Below, in pieces: positions 1-18,774 of a stretch of 64,000 bases of DNA (the first letter of the stretch is position 1; the number at the start of each line of letters is the position of its first letter). The notes beneath the pieces were generated by a model, which worked only from the letters and a program-made list of their open reading frames with translations, was not told the DNA's origin and searched no databases. The DNA is taken from assembly GCF_009914755.1 (NCBI RefSeq), contig NC_060930.1; one strand, 5' to 3'. Origin of the DNA: the human T2T-CHM13v2.0 reference genome, Homo sapiens. Position numbers and translations under genes: made by a program.

Positions 1-280
1 GAAACTTGAAGAATTCCATATTATTTGCTGATTGTTACCTTTAGTATTTCTGACAAGAGCTTTGTTCACATAGGTCTCTTCTGCATATCAGTAATAAATT
101 TGGGTAGCGTTGACTTTCAAGCTTCTTCTATAACAAGCTTCTTCAATAACTATAATAAGTGGAGAGTCATAAAGACTCCATGAAAATAGTTCTGTACAAC
201 ATGTTTTTGAGGTTTCACATGAGAAATAATTCTGCATTCTATGCCCATCAAGAAATTCAACATTAATTAGTTAGGATTTT
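1..280 (-). pseudogene. FN3-like pseudo-exon
   Basis: One frame reads LINVEFLDGHRMQNYFSCETSKTCCTELFSWSLYDSPLIIVIEEACYRRSLKVNATQIYY*YAEETYVNKALVRNTKGNNQQIIWNSSSF with a single TGA (88-90); ETYVNKALVRNTKG fits T-x-Y-x-V-x-V-x-A-x-N-x-x-G; possible donor AAG|gtaac at 39/38. Confidence 0.55.
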
Positions 281-979
281 CTATTGTATAGGTTGATTAT
301 TTATATCCCTCACATTTTTTAATATGTTTTAATTTAGACATTCAGCTTTGCTTGGCACTTTATAAATTATTTATTCTTGCATCTTCTACTTTTTTTTACG
401 TTTATTTTATTGCATTTCTTTTCTATTTGTCTTTTTTGCTTGGTTTAGGTTATTTTTAATTAACTTCAGGCAGAAATGGAGGAAAACCAGAATGTGCTCA
501 CATTCATAATGCATGTAAGGCAGTCCCCGCATCCCCCGTCCTCCCCCATTTAACTCTTCAAAGCCCTTCAAAGAAGACTGAAAGCCCTACAACAAAACAC
601 AAAGCTCTTGGTTTTCTGCTGAAATTTGGTTTAAAATTATTTCCTGTAAATAAAATATCCCCACTTCTAAAGAAACTCAAGAGTGCAAAAGGAAATAAAA
701 AGAGTGCAAAAGGAAAATAATTACCTTTTTATATTCAGAACTATCATTTTACTCTTCAAATAATTGTTTCATATTTAAGGAAAATTTACACAGTATTTTA
801 AAACCACTCAATCAATCCACCATGTCTCAACCCCTAGGACTTGAGTGAGTAACCACATCTAGAAAAATCTGCTTTAATGTTTGTATTCTCTGTGACTTAA
901 AAGTGTTCTTATACCAGTTTTCCAAAGACTATACAGCTTAATTGAGATGTGGGAGAATGCAAAAGCAAACTTAAAGCTT

Positions 980-1275
<296 letters not shown>

Positions 1276-1669
1276 TTATATGGAATATTTGCTATAGACA
1301 AGAGATCTGACTTGTTATCTTGATGTTTGTAAAACTAAATTTTTAATCTTTTTTTATTATACTTTAAGTTCTGGGGTACATGTGCAGAATGTGCAGGTTT
1401 GTTACATAGGTATACACATGCCATGGTGGTTCGCCGCACCCATCAACCCATCATCTACATTAGGTATTTCTCCTAATGCTATCCCTCCCCCAGCCCCCAA
1501 CCCCCCAACAGGCCCCGGTGTGTGATGTTTCCCTAGCTGGGTCCATGTATTCTCATTGTTCAACTCCCACTTATCAGTGAGAACATGTGGTGTTTGGTTT
1601 TCTGTTCTTGTGTTAGTTTGCTGAGAATGATGGTTTCCAGCTTCATCCATGTCCCTGCAAAGAACATGA

Positions 1670-1968
<299 letters not shown>

Positions 1969-4900
1969 AAGGTTGCATAGTATTCCATGGTGTATATGTG
2001 CCACATTTTCTTTATCCAGTCTATCATTGATGGGCATTTGGGTTGGTTCCAAATCTTTGCTATTGTGAACAGTGCTGCAATAAATATACATGGACATGTG
2101 TCTTTACAGCAGAATAATTTATAATCCTTATACCCAGTAATGGGATTGCTGGGTCAAATGGTATTTCTGGTACTAGATCCTTGAGGAATCACCACACTGT
2201 GTCCACAATGGTTGAACTAATTTACACTCCCACCAACAGTGTAAAAGCATTCCTATTTCTCCACATCCTCCCCAGGATCTGTTGTTTCATGACTTTTTAA
2301 TGATCACCATTCTTACTGATGTGAGATGGTATCCCATTGTGGTTTGAATTTGCATTTCTATAATGACCAGTGATGATGAGCTCTTTTCATGTTTGTTGGC
2401 TGCATAAATGTCTTATTTTAAGAAGTGTCTGTTCATATACTTCGCCCACTTTTCGATGTTTTTTTTTTCTTGTAAATTTAAGTTCTTTGTAGATTCTGGA
2501 TATTAGCCCTTTGTCAGATGGATAGATGGCAAATTTTTTCTCCCATTCTGTAAGTTGCCTGTTCACTCTGAAGATAGTTTATTTTGCTGTGCAGAAGCTC
2601 TTTAGTTTAATTAGATCCCATTTGTCAATTTTGGCTTTTGTTGCTATTGCTTTTGGTGCTTTAGTCATGAAGTCTTTGCTCATGCCTATGTCCTGAATGG
2701 TATTGCCTAGGTTTTCTTCTAGGGTTTTTATGATTTTAGGTCTTACATTTAAGTCTTTAATTAACCTTGAGTTAATTTTTGTATAAGGTGTAAGGAAAGG
2801 GTCCAGTTTCAGTTTTCTACATATGACTAGCCATCAACATCATTTATTAAATAGGGAATCCTTTCCCCATTGCCTGTTTTTGACAGGTTTGTCAAAGATC
2901 AAAGATCAGATGGTTGTAGAGGTGTGGTGTTATTTCTGAGGCCTCTGCTCTGTTCCATTGGTCTGTATCTCTGTTTTGGTACCAGTACCATGCTGTTTTG
3001 GTTACTGTAGCCTTGTAGTATAGTTTGAAGTCAGGTAGTATGATGCCTCCAGTTTTGTTCTTTTTGCTTAGAATTGTCTTGGCTATGTGGGCTCTCTTTT
3101 GGTTCCATATGAAATTTAAAGTAGTTTTTTTCTAATTCTGTGAAGAAAGTCATTGGTAGCTTGATGGGCAAAGCATTGAATCTATAAATTGGGGCAGTAT
3201 GGCCATTTTCACGATACTGATTCTTCCTATCCATGAGCATGGAATGTTTTTCCATTTGTTTGTGTCTTCTCTTATTTCCTTGAGCAGTGGTTTGTAGTTC
3301 TCCTTGAAGAGGTCCTTCATATCCCTTGTAAGTTGTATTCCTAGGTATTTTATTCTCTTCGAAGCAGTTGTGAATGGGAGTTCACTCCTGATTTGGCTCT
3401 CTGTTTGTCTATTATGGTGTATAGAAATCCTTGTGATTTTTGCACATTGATAATGTATCCTGAAACTTTGCTGAAGTCGCTTATCAGCTTAAGGAGATTT
3501 TGGGCTGAAACGATTGGGTTTTCTAAATATACAATTATATCATCTGCAAACAGAGACAATTTAACTTCTTCTCTTCCTATTCGAATACCCTCTATCTCTT
3601 TCTCTTGCCTGATTGCCCTGGCCAGAACTTCCAATACTATGTTGAATAGCAGTGGTGAGAGAGGGAGTTCTTGTCTTGTGCTGGTTTTCAAAGGGAATGC
3701 TTCCAGTTTTTGCCCATTCAGTACGATATTGGCTGTGGGTTTGTCATAAATGGTTCTTATTATTTGGAGAAACATTCTATCAATACCTAATTTATTGAGA
3801 GTTTTTAGCATAAAGGGGTGTTCAACTTTGTTGAAGGCCTTTTCTGCATCTATTGAGATAATCTTGTGGTTTTTGTCATTGGTTCTATTTATGTGATGGA
3901 TTACGTTTATTGATTTGTGTATGTTGAACCAGTCTTGCATCCCAGGGACGAAACCAACTCAATTGTGGTGGATAAACTTTTTGATGTGCTTCCGGATTTG
4001 GTTTGCCATTAGTTTATTGAGGATTTTCACATTGGTGTTCATCAGGGATATTGGCCCGAAATTTTCTTTTTTTCTTGTGTCTCTGCCAGGTTTTCGTATC
4101 AGGATGATGCTGGCCTCATAAAATGAGTTAGGGAGGATTCCCTCTTTTTCTATTGATTGGAATATTTTCAGAAGTAATGATACCAGGTTCTCTTTGTACC
4201 TCTGGTAGAATTTGGCTGTGAATCCATCTGGTCCTGGGCTTTTTTTTTTTTTTTTTTTTTGGTTAATAGGCTATTGATTACCGCCTCAATTTCAGAACTC
4301 ATTATTGGTCTATTCAGAAATTTGACTTCTTCCTGGTTTAGACTTGGGAGGGTGTATTTGTCCAGGAATTTACCCATTTCTTCTAGGTTTTCTAGTTTAT
4401 TTGCATAGAGGTATTTATAGTATTCTCTGATGGTAGTTTGTATTTCTGTGGGATCAGTGGTGATATCCCCTTTATCATTTTTTATTGTGTCTACTTGATT
4501 CTTCCTCTTTTCTTCTTTATTAGTCTGGCTAGCAGTCTATCTATTTTGTTGATCTTTTCAAAAAACCAGCTCCTCAATTCATTGATTTTTTGAAGGGTTT
4601 TTTGTGTCACTATCTCCTTCAGTTCTGCTCTAATTTTAGTTATTTCTTGTTTTCTGCTAGATTTTGAATTTCTTTGCTCTTGCTTCTCTAGTTCTTTTCA
4701 TTGTGATGCTAGGGTGTGGATTTTAGATCTTTTCTGCTTTTTCTTGTGGACATTTAGCACTATAAATTTCCCTCTAGACACTGCTTTAGCTACGTCCCAG
4801 AGATTCTGGTACATTGTGTCTTTGTTCTCATTGGTTTCATATAACTTATTTATTTTTGCCTTAATTGTGTTATTTACCCAGTAGTCATTCAGGAGCAGGT

Positions 4901-5307
4901 TGTTCAGTTTCCATGTAGCTGTGCGGTTTTGAGTGAGTTTCTTAATCCCGAATTCTAATTTGATTGCACTGTCGTCTGAGAGATTGTTGATGATTTCTGT
5001 TCTTTTGCATTTGCTGAGGAGTGTTTTATTTCCAATTATGTGATCAATTTTAGAATAAGTGTGATGTGGTGCTGAGAAGAATGTATATTATGCTTATTTT
5101 GGGTGGAGAGTTCTGTAGATGTCTATTAGGTTCACTTGGCCCAGAGCTGAGTTCAAGTCCTGAATATCCTTGTTAATTTTCTGACTTGTTGATCTGTCTA
5201 ATATTGACAGTGTGGTGTTAAAGTCTCCCACTATTATTGTGTGGGAGTCTAAGTCTCTTTGTAGGTCTTTAAGAGCTTGCTTTATGAATCTGGGTGCTCC
5301 TGTATTG

Positions 5308-5310
<3 letters not shown>

Positions 5311-5360
<50 letters not shown>
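5311..5360. repeat. (TA)n microsatellite, about 25 units, inside L1 ORF2
   Basis: Pure atatat run. Confidence 0.98.
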
Positions 5361-5363
<3 letters not shown>

Positions 5364-5485
5364 TATGATAGTTAGCTCTTCTTGTTGCTTTCCTGTGTTT
5401 ACTATTATGTAATGCCCTTCTTTGTCTCTTTTGATTTTTGTTGGCTTAAAGTCTGTTTTATCAGAGGCTAGGATTGCAACCTCTG

Positions 5486-5519
<34 letters not shown>

Positions 5520-8070
5520 TTCCATTTGCTTGGTAAATATTCCTCCATCCCTTTATTTTGAGCCTGTGTGTGTCTTTGCACATGAGTTGGGTCTCCTGAG
5601 TACAGAACACCAATGGGTCTTGATTCTTTATCCAATTTGCCAGTCTGTGTCTTTTAATTAGGGCATTTAGCCTGTTTACATTTAAGGTTAATATTGTTAT
5701 GTGTGAATTTGATCCTGTCATTATGATACTAGCTGGTTATTTTGCCTGCTATTTGATGCAGTTTCTTTGTAGTGTCAACGATCTTTACAATTTGGTATCT
5801 TTTTGCAGTGGCTGGTACCAGTTGTTCCTTTCCCTGTTTAGTGCTTCCTTCAAGAGGTCTTGTAAGGCAGGCCTGGTGGTGACAAAATCTCTCAGCATTT
5901 GCTTGCCTGTGAAGGATTTTATTTCTCCTTTGCTTATTAAGCTTAGTTTGGCTGGATATGAAATTCTGGGTTAAAAGTTATTTTTGTTAAAAATGTTGAA
6001 TATTGGCCCCCACTCTCTTCTGGCTTGTAGGGTTTCTGCAGAGAGATCTTCTGTTAGTCTGATGGGCTTCTCTTTGTGGGTAACCAGACCTTTCTCTCTG
6101 GCTGCCCTTAACATTTTTTCCTTTATTCCAACCTTGGTGAATCTGATGATTATGTGTCTTGGGGTTGCTCTTCTCAAAGAGTACCTTTGTGATGTTCTTT
6201 GTGTTTCCTGAAATTGAATGTTGGCCTGTCTTGCTAGGTTGGGGACATTCTCCTGGATAATATCCTGAAGAGTGTTTTCCAACTTGGTTCCATTCTCCAG
6301 TCACTTTCAAGTACACCATTCAAATGTAGGTTTGGACTTTTCACATAGTCCCATATTTCTTGGAGGCTTTGTTTGTTCCTTTTCATTCTTTTTTCTCTAA
6401 TCTTGTCTTCATACTTGATTTCATTAAGTTGGTCTTCAACCTGATATGCTTTCTTCTGCTTGATCGATTTGGCTATTGATACTTGGGTATGCATCACAAA
6501 GTTCTCATGCTATGTTTTTCAGCTCCATCAGGTCATTTATGTTCTTCTATAATCTGATTATTCTAGTTAGCAATTTATCTAACCTTTTTTCAAGGTTTTT
6601 AGCTTCCCTGCATTGGGTTAGAACACGCTCCTTTAGCTTGGAGGAGTTCTGAATTTGTCAAACTCATTCTCTGTCCAGTTTTTTTTCCCTTGCTGGTGAG
6701 GAGTTGTGATCCTTTGGAGGAGAAGAGGCGTTCTGGTTTTTGGAATTTTCAGCCTTTTTGCACTGGTTTCTCCTCATCTTCATGGATTTATCTATCTTTG
6801 GTCTTTGATGTTGGTGACCTTCAGATGAAGGATAATGGATATGACGTTTCTGAGGGGATGTCTTTTTTGTTGATCTTGATGTTATTCCTTTCTGTTTGTT
6901 AGTTTTCCTTCTATTAGTCAGGCCCCTCTGCTGCAGGTATGCTAGAGTTTCCTGGAGGTCCACTCCAGACCCTGTTCAACTGGTTATCACCAGCAGAGGC
7001 TGCAGAACAGCAAAGATGCTCCCTGTTTCGTCCTCTGGAAGCTTAGTTCCAGAGGGGCGCCAGCCTGATGACAGCCAGAGCTCTCCTCTTTGAGGTGTCC
7101 GTTGGCCCCTGCTGGGAAGTGTCTCCCAGTCAGGAGACACAGGGTTCAGGGACCCACTTAAGGAGGCAGTCTGTCCCTTCAAAGAGCTTGAACGCTGTGC
7201 TTGGGAGATCTGCTGCTCTCTTCAGAGCTGGCAGGCAGAGACGTTTAAGTCTGCTGAAGCTTCACCCACAGCCACCCCTTTTACCCTGGTGATCTGTCCC
7301 AGGGAGATGGGGGCTTTATCTATAAGCCCCTGACTGCGGCTTCTGCCTTTTTTTCAGAGATGTCCTGCCCAGAAAGGAGGAATCTAGAGAGGCAGTCTGG
7401 CTACAGCGCTTTGCAGAGCAGTGGAGGGCTCTGCCCAGTTGGAACTTTCCCGAGGCTTTGTTTACACTGTGAGGGGACAACTGTCTACTCAAACCTCAGT
7501 AATGGTGAACACCCCTCCCCACACCAAGGTCGAGCATCCCAGGTCGACTTCAGACTGCTGCGCTGGTAGCAAGAATTTCAAGCTGGTGTATCTTACCTTG
7601 CTGGGCTCCACGGGGGTGGGATCCACTGAGTTAGACCACTTAGCTCCCTGGCTTCAGCCTCTTTCCAGGGAAGTGAACGGTTCTGGCATTCCAGGCACCC
7701 CTGGGGTATGAAAAAAACTCCCAAAGCTAGCTTGGTGTCTGCCCAAATGGCAGCCGAATTTTGTGCTTGAAACCCAGGGCCCTGGTGGCATAGGCACCTG
7801 GAGTGCACTGGTCCTCACAGCACAGTTTCCTAAGGCTTCCCTTGGCTGGGGGAGGGAGTTCCCCAAACCCTTGTGCTTCCCGGGTGAGGCAACACCCCAC
7901 CCTGCTTTGGTTCACCCTCTGTGGACTGCACCCACTGTCTAACTGGTCCCAATGAGATGAGCCAGGTACCTCAGTTGGAAATGTGGAAATCACCCACCTT
8001 CTGCATTGATCTTGCTGGGAGTGGCAGACTGGAGCTGTTCCTATTCAGCCATCTTACCAGCCTTCTCCCG

Positions 8071-8270
8071 AATTTCTGTTTTCCATATTTCTAGCTACGA
8101 TCCACAAAGCATCGTAAATTCTCTGCAGGAGTTGAATGTTACTCCATGTGATTAACTTTGCATCTCAAGTTTTTAATCTTTTAAGGAATGAGCTCTGTAT
8201 CATAAAATTTTATTTTGTTCATTGTGGATCTTAATGGATATGACATTTTAGAATAAAATGATGAAATGCT
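8071..8270 (-). pseudogene. FN3-like pseudo-exon truncated by the L1PA 5' end
   Basis: Acceptor gttttccatattaaattttccag|; NVISIKIHNEQNKIL*YRAH and, after a frameshift, ...WSNIQLLQRIYDALWIVARNMENRN. Confidence 0.45.
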
Positions 8271-8469
8271 CTGGAAAATTTAATATGGAAAACGCACTTA
8301 TTTTCAGAATAAAATAGGTATGTTTTTCTGTTTGCTTTATTTTGTTTATGAAGTGTTTGGACTCAAGTCATTGGTCTCTACAATGCATTTTTGAATTTCC
8401 ACATGAAAAAGAATTCTGAACTCTTTGCCATCAAAGAGATTCAACTTTTCCATTTTCTATTTTAAAAGT

Positions 8470-9005
8470 TGATCTTTTATATCCCTCAAGTTTGTAGGAA
8501 GCTACCAAATTGTTCCAAAGAGGCTGTACAATCTTACCTCCCCCTAGCAGTATATGAGAACTACAGTTATTGCACATCTTTACCAATACTTGGTGTTGCC
8601 AATATTTTAATTGTAGGAGTTCTCATAAATGTGCAAAGGTATCTCATTGTGGTTTTAATTTTCATTTCCTTAATGACTAATGGTATTGAGCATCTTTTTA
8701 CAGGTTTAAGGGCCACTTGAATATCTTCTCTTGTGAAGTGTTTGAATTATTTTGCCTATTATTTATATGTAAGAGTTAATTATATGTTTAGGATACAACT
8801 TTGTCAGATATACATACTTGGAATAGATTTATAGTTCCTTCTTGTTTTCTTAAGTATCTTTCAAAAATCAAAAGATGTTTAGCATAAATGGATATTGAAT
8901 TTTAATGCATTTTTATTCTTTATTCTGTAACATGGTAAATTTATTTAAATGGTTTTTAAATGTTACATAAACCATGCATTTCTGAGAGAAATACCACTTG
9001 ATCAA
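8470..9005 (-). mobile_element. Old L1M fragment
   Basis: ggtatctcattgtggttttaattttcatttccttaatgactaatggtattgagcatc: L1M 3' ORF2 antisense motif. Confidence 0.8.
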
Positions 9006-9216
9006 TATGTAATATTATAATGACTTTATTTATTTGTCAATTTGAGCCACGGTCTCCAATTTTTCTATCAAAAAAAATGTAGGTGTTGTGTGACAATATC
9101 TTACAAATACATTTTAAGCCTCTAATCAGTTGAAATTAAAAGTAAGGGAGATTATGTTGGATAAATTCCTTTTGTGGTCCAGACTGAATATGTTAGAAGC
9201 TCTTAAAACCAAAGCT

Positions 9217-9545
9217 GGGCCCGGTGCAATGGCTCACACCTGTAATCCCAGCACTTTGGGAGGCCAGCGTGAGTGGATCACCTGAGGTCAGGAGTTCAAG
9301 ACTAGCCTGGCCAACCTGGTGAAACCCCGTCTCTACTAAAAATACAAAAATTAGCTTGGCGTGGTGGTGGGTGCCTGTAAACCCTACTCAGAAGGCTAAG
9401 GCAGGAGAATCACTTGAACTGAGGAGGTGGAGGTTGCAGTGAGCCAAGATCGCGCCATTGCACTCCAGCCTGGGGAACTGAGCAAGATTTTGTCTCAAAA
9501 AAAAAAAAGAAAGAAAGAAAGAAAACAACGATGAAAGAAAAAACA
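9217..9545 (+). mobile_element. AluSx-like
   Basis: Full Alu with A/GAAA tail. Confidence 0.95.
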
Positions 9546-9744
9546 AAGCTGAAGTTTACTCTGAAGAGAAAAAAAAATGTACACGAACTTTGGCTCATGC
9601 CCATGGAGTTTGATTCTTCTCAAGATCTTCCTCCCTGACTATGTTGTATGAACTTAACACTTATTTGGCCGGCTCTCATAAATCATGTAAACCAATTCCT
9701 TGTAATAAAGGTAACTATTTATCTAACATCTATTATCATCTCTC

Positions 9745-10478
9745 TAAGAAATTGAAAATAAAATTCTAAGCCCCTCAACTGACTGAATGAATCCCCTCTT
9801 GGCCGAGGTCCCCAGAGAAACCTTGAAACTGAGTTCCCGACTATAGAAGAATGGAAGGTTTAACATGCCTCATTATATCCCTTCTCTCACTAACTGCCAT
9901 TAGGCTTTCTTCCCCAAGGGCTGAACAGAAATCACATCTTTGGAGAGATTCCCTCCACCTCTGATATCAAGTAACCGCCTGTTGCTGACCCTCCCTTTCT
10001 TGGTTTTGACAAAACAGCTGACTAGCATTCTTTCCTGATAAGAAACAAAAAGACCAAGGAGTGGTACTGGCCAGCCAATGGAGAATTAACAGGGTTTTAT
10101 GTCCTCTGCTTCACCTTTTGATGTCAGAGGGCTGGAAACTCCATCCTTCCATCATGCTAATGCTGCTTTTTCTTTTTTTTTTTCTTTTCTTTTTTTTTTT
10201 AAACATGGATCTCATAGAGAATCATGAAGCTTAACTGCAAATGAGCATGATTCTCCTTAAATATTCATGACTCCTACAGTTTATTAAATAGGTACATAGA
10301 GTTACCCCACACAGCACAAATTTCTGTTCCCTTTGGCCCTCTCTTGAAGTGTTTCTGGCTTCTGACTGGACTCTATGATTCCCAGACTGTCAGAATGGCC
10401 ACCCTCTAAGCTGCAACTTTTTATGACAAATTGAGGTCTCCTTTCTAAATTTATGAACCTCACCATTCTTTACTGACA
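9745..10478 (+). mobile_element. ERV1 solo LTR (MER39/MER34-like)
   Basis: gaaaataaaattctaagcccctcaactgactgaatg...ccccagagaaaccttgaaactgagttcc; ends ...ttactgaca. Confidence 0.7.
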
Positions 10479-10529
10479 TATCTTATCTCCTACTTGTACT
10501 TCTCTTGTTAAACTCTGAATGGTAAAAAT

Positions 10530-12840
10530 ATATATTTTATATATTGCTGAATTGAATATGCTAATATGTTTTGAAGGATTTTTGCATCTAAGTTCATGAC
10601 AGATTGATCTTTAAGTTTCTTTTATTGGATTAACTTTGTCAAGGTTTAGCATAAAACTTATGCTGCCCTCTTATAGCTTTTGAAAGAGTTTTTATATAAC
10701 TGGCCTTATATCTCACTTAAACATTTTATGATATTCACCAGTGAATTTGTTTGGTGCTGGAGTTATCTTTGTAGGAAGTAACTTATGACAAACTTAAATG
10801 CTTTATTAAACATAGGCAGAAATTTTCAGTTTCTCTATTTTCCCTTTAACTTTTGAATAAGTTGCAATATATTTCTACCGTTTATTAAAACTATCACATA
10901 TATTGGCATAAATTTGTTCACAGTATCTTGTTATACTTTAATGTTTGAAGTATCTATAATAATGTTGTCTTTTACTTTTTGAATTAAACTGAATCAGTGT
11001 TTGTCAAATTTTATTTATATTTTTAGATAAGTTTGGGCTTTAAAACTTTTCTCTATTGTTCGTGTTCTCTGTAATTTCTGCTATTATCTATATTATATCC
11101 TACTTTTAGTTTAACTTATTAACCTTTTCTGAGGTTTTTTTTTTTGTGGAAACCTGCATCACTAAAAGTAAAATGGTTCTTTTCTAGTATAAATATTTAA
11201 AGCTACACATTTTCCTCTAAGCACTGCATTAGCTGCTTCCTATAAATTTTGATTTTTTAAAATGAAACTCCATATAAAATATTTTATAATTTCCATTGTG
11301 ATTTCTTTCTCAATCTGTAGATTATGGAAAAGTCTATTTGATAAAATGTAATCTTCAATTGTTGGATGGAGCATTCTATAAATATTAAAGTTTCTTAAGA
11401 GTGTTGTCCAAATTTATCCTCTTCTAACATCCTTGTCTCATTAATTTTATAATTGCTAAGAGAGTGTTTTAAAAATGTTCTACAATTTTAGATTTCTGAA
11501 CTGCTTCCTTTTCTTCTGTCAGTTTTTATTAGTTAAAAAGATCTATTAACTGTATACAACTTTATAATTTTTATGTCTTCATGATGAATGGCCTTTTTAT
11601 CATTATAAATGCCCCTTTTTATGTCTGTTAGAACTCCTTGTCTTGAAGACTACTTAATTTGATATTAAGATAGCCATGAGCTTTCTCTTGCTTATGATTT
11701 GTATGATATATCTTTTACATTCTCTTACTTTCAACCTATCTCTGCCTTTATATTTGATGTAGAGTTGTTGTAAATAGTATGTAGTTTTGTGTTGTTTTTC
11801 TATCCCATCTAACAATGAACCTTCTAATTGGAGTTTTTAGTTCATTTAATTTAATTAATTTAGGAACATAACTGGTATTAATATATTGTAACAATACATT
11901 TAATTTATTCACTTTTTAATGATATCTTTTTGTATTTTTAAATGTTTGCTGAAAGTATTGTAATACATACTCATGAATTACTACATTCATCTTAGCATTA
12001 TTATTATAACTCTTTACATAAGATGTAAAAAAATTACATTATATTTTTTGAAATAGGGTCTCAATCTGTAGCTCAGGCTGGAATGCAGTGGCATGAACAC
12101 AGCTCACTGCAGCTTTGACTTCTTGGACTCAAGCTATTCTCCTGCCTTAGCTTCCTGAGTAGCTGGGATACACCACTTCCTGAGTAGTGGCATACACCAC
12201 TACACCTGGCTACATTTTGATTTTTTTTATTGAGACAGAGTCTTGCTATGTTGCCCAGACTGGTTCAGAACACCTGGGCCAAGCGATCTCCCACCTCAGC
12301 TTCCCAAATTGCTGGGATTAGAGGCATGAGCCACTGCAGCAAGCAAGACATTACATTTTATGTGAAAATTTATAACAGTTTAAGACAGTTTTATTTATAC
12401 TCCCATTTTTGTGTGATATGTTTTCATATACGTGTGTTATTAACATTAAAATTTATTTTTGTCATTTTTCTTTTAAATAATTGTCTTTTAAAGAAATAAG
12501 AAAATAAAAATACAATTATTTATATTTATCCACTTATTTTTAACTTCCAGGACATTTTATTCCTTTCTGTAAATCCAAATTTCTTCTGATTTCATTTTTC
12601 TTTAATGTGAAGAACTTCCTTAAGTGGTTTATGTAGTATAGGTCTGCTGGTAATGAGTTATCTCAGCTTTCGTTCTTTTAAAGGATGATTTAATTTTATC
12701 TTCATTTTTGACAAATATTTTTCTTTGATATGGAAGTTGAGATTGCTCGATTTTGTTTTTTTAATTTTGTTTTATGTTTTTATCTTTCAACATGTTAAAA
12801 CTAGTTTTCAATGGAACAGAATTTTCTGGGCTTTTTTTTT
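10530..12840 (-). mobile_element. Old L1M ORF2 region
   Basis: Antisense L1M motifs (ttttgcatctaagttcatgac; tttcctctaagcactgcattagctgc). Confidence 0.8.
12040..12345 (-). mobile_element. AluJ-like
   Basis: acagctcactgcagc...cttgctatgttgcccag. Confidence 0.9.
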
Positions 12841-12849
12841 TGTGAAAAT

Positions 12850-17620
<4,771 letters not shown>

Positions 17621-17639
17621 AGATTTTTTTAAATTTTAC

Positions 17640-17891
17640 TTTTCTGTTTGGATTGGATCACTTTACATGATGTTCATGTAGTAATGGAGGAAAGTAAGGG
17701 AATGGGTAGAGTGGTAAAAAAGATCTTTAAGAACAATAATAATAAATTCTTAACTGTGGGATAAAGACTATGAAATATCTTCAATCCCAAGTTGTTTAAC
17801 ATAGTCTATTTGCACATATATAAATAATAATTTTGTTTGCTTTGAAATTTGGTGAACTATGTGCTTGAATTAAAGTGGTAGAAAATTAAGC
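17640..17891 (-). pseudogene. FN3-like pseudo-exon (252 nt)
   Basis: Acceptor tttccttag|, donor |gtaaaa; ends EFIIIVLKDLFYHSTHSLTFLHYYMNIM*SDPIQTE. Confidence 0.45.
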
Positions 17892-17996
17892 CTAAGGAAA
17901 TATTAGACACCAGCCCCATGGGTTTTTTGCATAAATAATTGAAAATAATTTGGGCTTGCATAAACTTTAGAAATGGAGGATTCCATGAAATTTTAC

Positions 17997-18187
17997 CTAA
18001 CCTTATAGTTTAGGGAATGCAAGATGATATTCTCATTATATATATTGCATAGGACCTTAGCAGTATATAGACAACCAAGAAGACAAGTTATCAAAGGTAC
18101 AATTTTGAGCTGTAGTCAAAATTTTAATGTAGGTATAAAATTTTAGTTTCTTAAACAGAAGCGAGACAAGCTCTCAGTTTTCTAGAA
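17997..18187 (-). pseudogene. FN3-like pseudo-exon
   Basis: Acceptor tgtattgcag|; KILTTAQNCTFDNLSS / frameshift / CLYTAKVLCNIYNENIILHSLNYKV; donor ag|gtaaaa. Confidence 0.5.
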
Positions 18188-18261
18188 CTGCAATACAATA
18201 TTATATTAGTTACAAAAAACTACAACTCGTGTAAGTTCAAGGTATGTACCAATATGCTTAC

Positions 18262-18391
18262 TGATGGTCACAAACCACCCGTCCAAAATATTAACTTATT
18301 AGACATTTGGCAGTATTCTTTGCAACTATGTTATCCTAAAGAGGTGTATGGGTGTAACTCAGGTCTTCATAAAGAAGACAACACAGTAATC
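18262..18391 (-). pseudogene. FN3 C-half pseudo-exon
   Basis: Acceptor caattacag|, donor ca|gtaagc; ELHPYTS / fs / NIVAKNTA / fs / SNKLIFWT matches L-x-P-Y-T-x-Y-x-I-x-V-x-A-x-N...S...F-x-T. Confidence 0.6.
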
Positions 18392-18519
18392 CTGTAATTG
18401 TATTATGGACAAAACAATAAGTTAACTCTTGCCCTAAAAATGCAAATGTCACCCTGGTCAATCTTTCCTTGCTATTTGCTAAAGAATTATCGAATGTTAT
18501 ACAAGTATTTTTTAATTAC

Positions 18520-18602
18520 CTGGTAAGATTCAAAGCTCGTATTTGATAGAGAATATTAACTCCACTTGAAGGCATTCATGCTAAAGTAGATTGGGCTTCT
18601 TC
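18520..18602 (-). pseudogene. FN3 N-half pseudo-exon (83 nt)
   Basis: Acceptor ttttacctag|, donor cag|gtaatt; EEAQSTLA*MPSSGVNILYQIRALNLT, with TGA at the conserved Trp position. Confidence 0.6.
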
Positions 18603-18774
18603 CTAGGTAAAATTACAAATCAGGCTTCTGAGAATTTAAAACAACCTCTTAGTGTTTCATTTCTAATAGTCCAAATATATAGATTTACAGTAATATCATA
18701 GGAAGAAGTAATATTATTGATATTTATAGTAATGTCATAGGCATCCAATAGTCCAAATATATGGATTTACAGTA

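Larger units (their letters stand above)
9010..10525 (+). mobile_element. MLT2-like ERVL LTR interrupted by an Alu and a MER39-like LTR
   Basis: tgtcaatttgagccac...ctaatcagttgaa...gtaaaccaattccttgtaataaa; 3' remnant after 10478. Confidence 0.6.

Noticed and set aside
88-90. In-frame TGA as selenocysteine or readthrough
   Set aside because: Other exons carry TAA/TAG stops, frameshifts and TE insertions, indicating neutral decay
470-514. Plus-strand 45-nt mini-exon (ttcag|GCAG...GCAT|gtaagg)
   Set aside because: Isolated, with no partner exons or recognisable peptide
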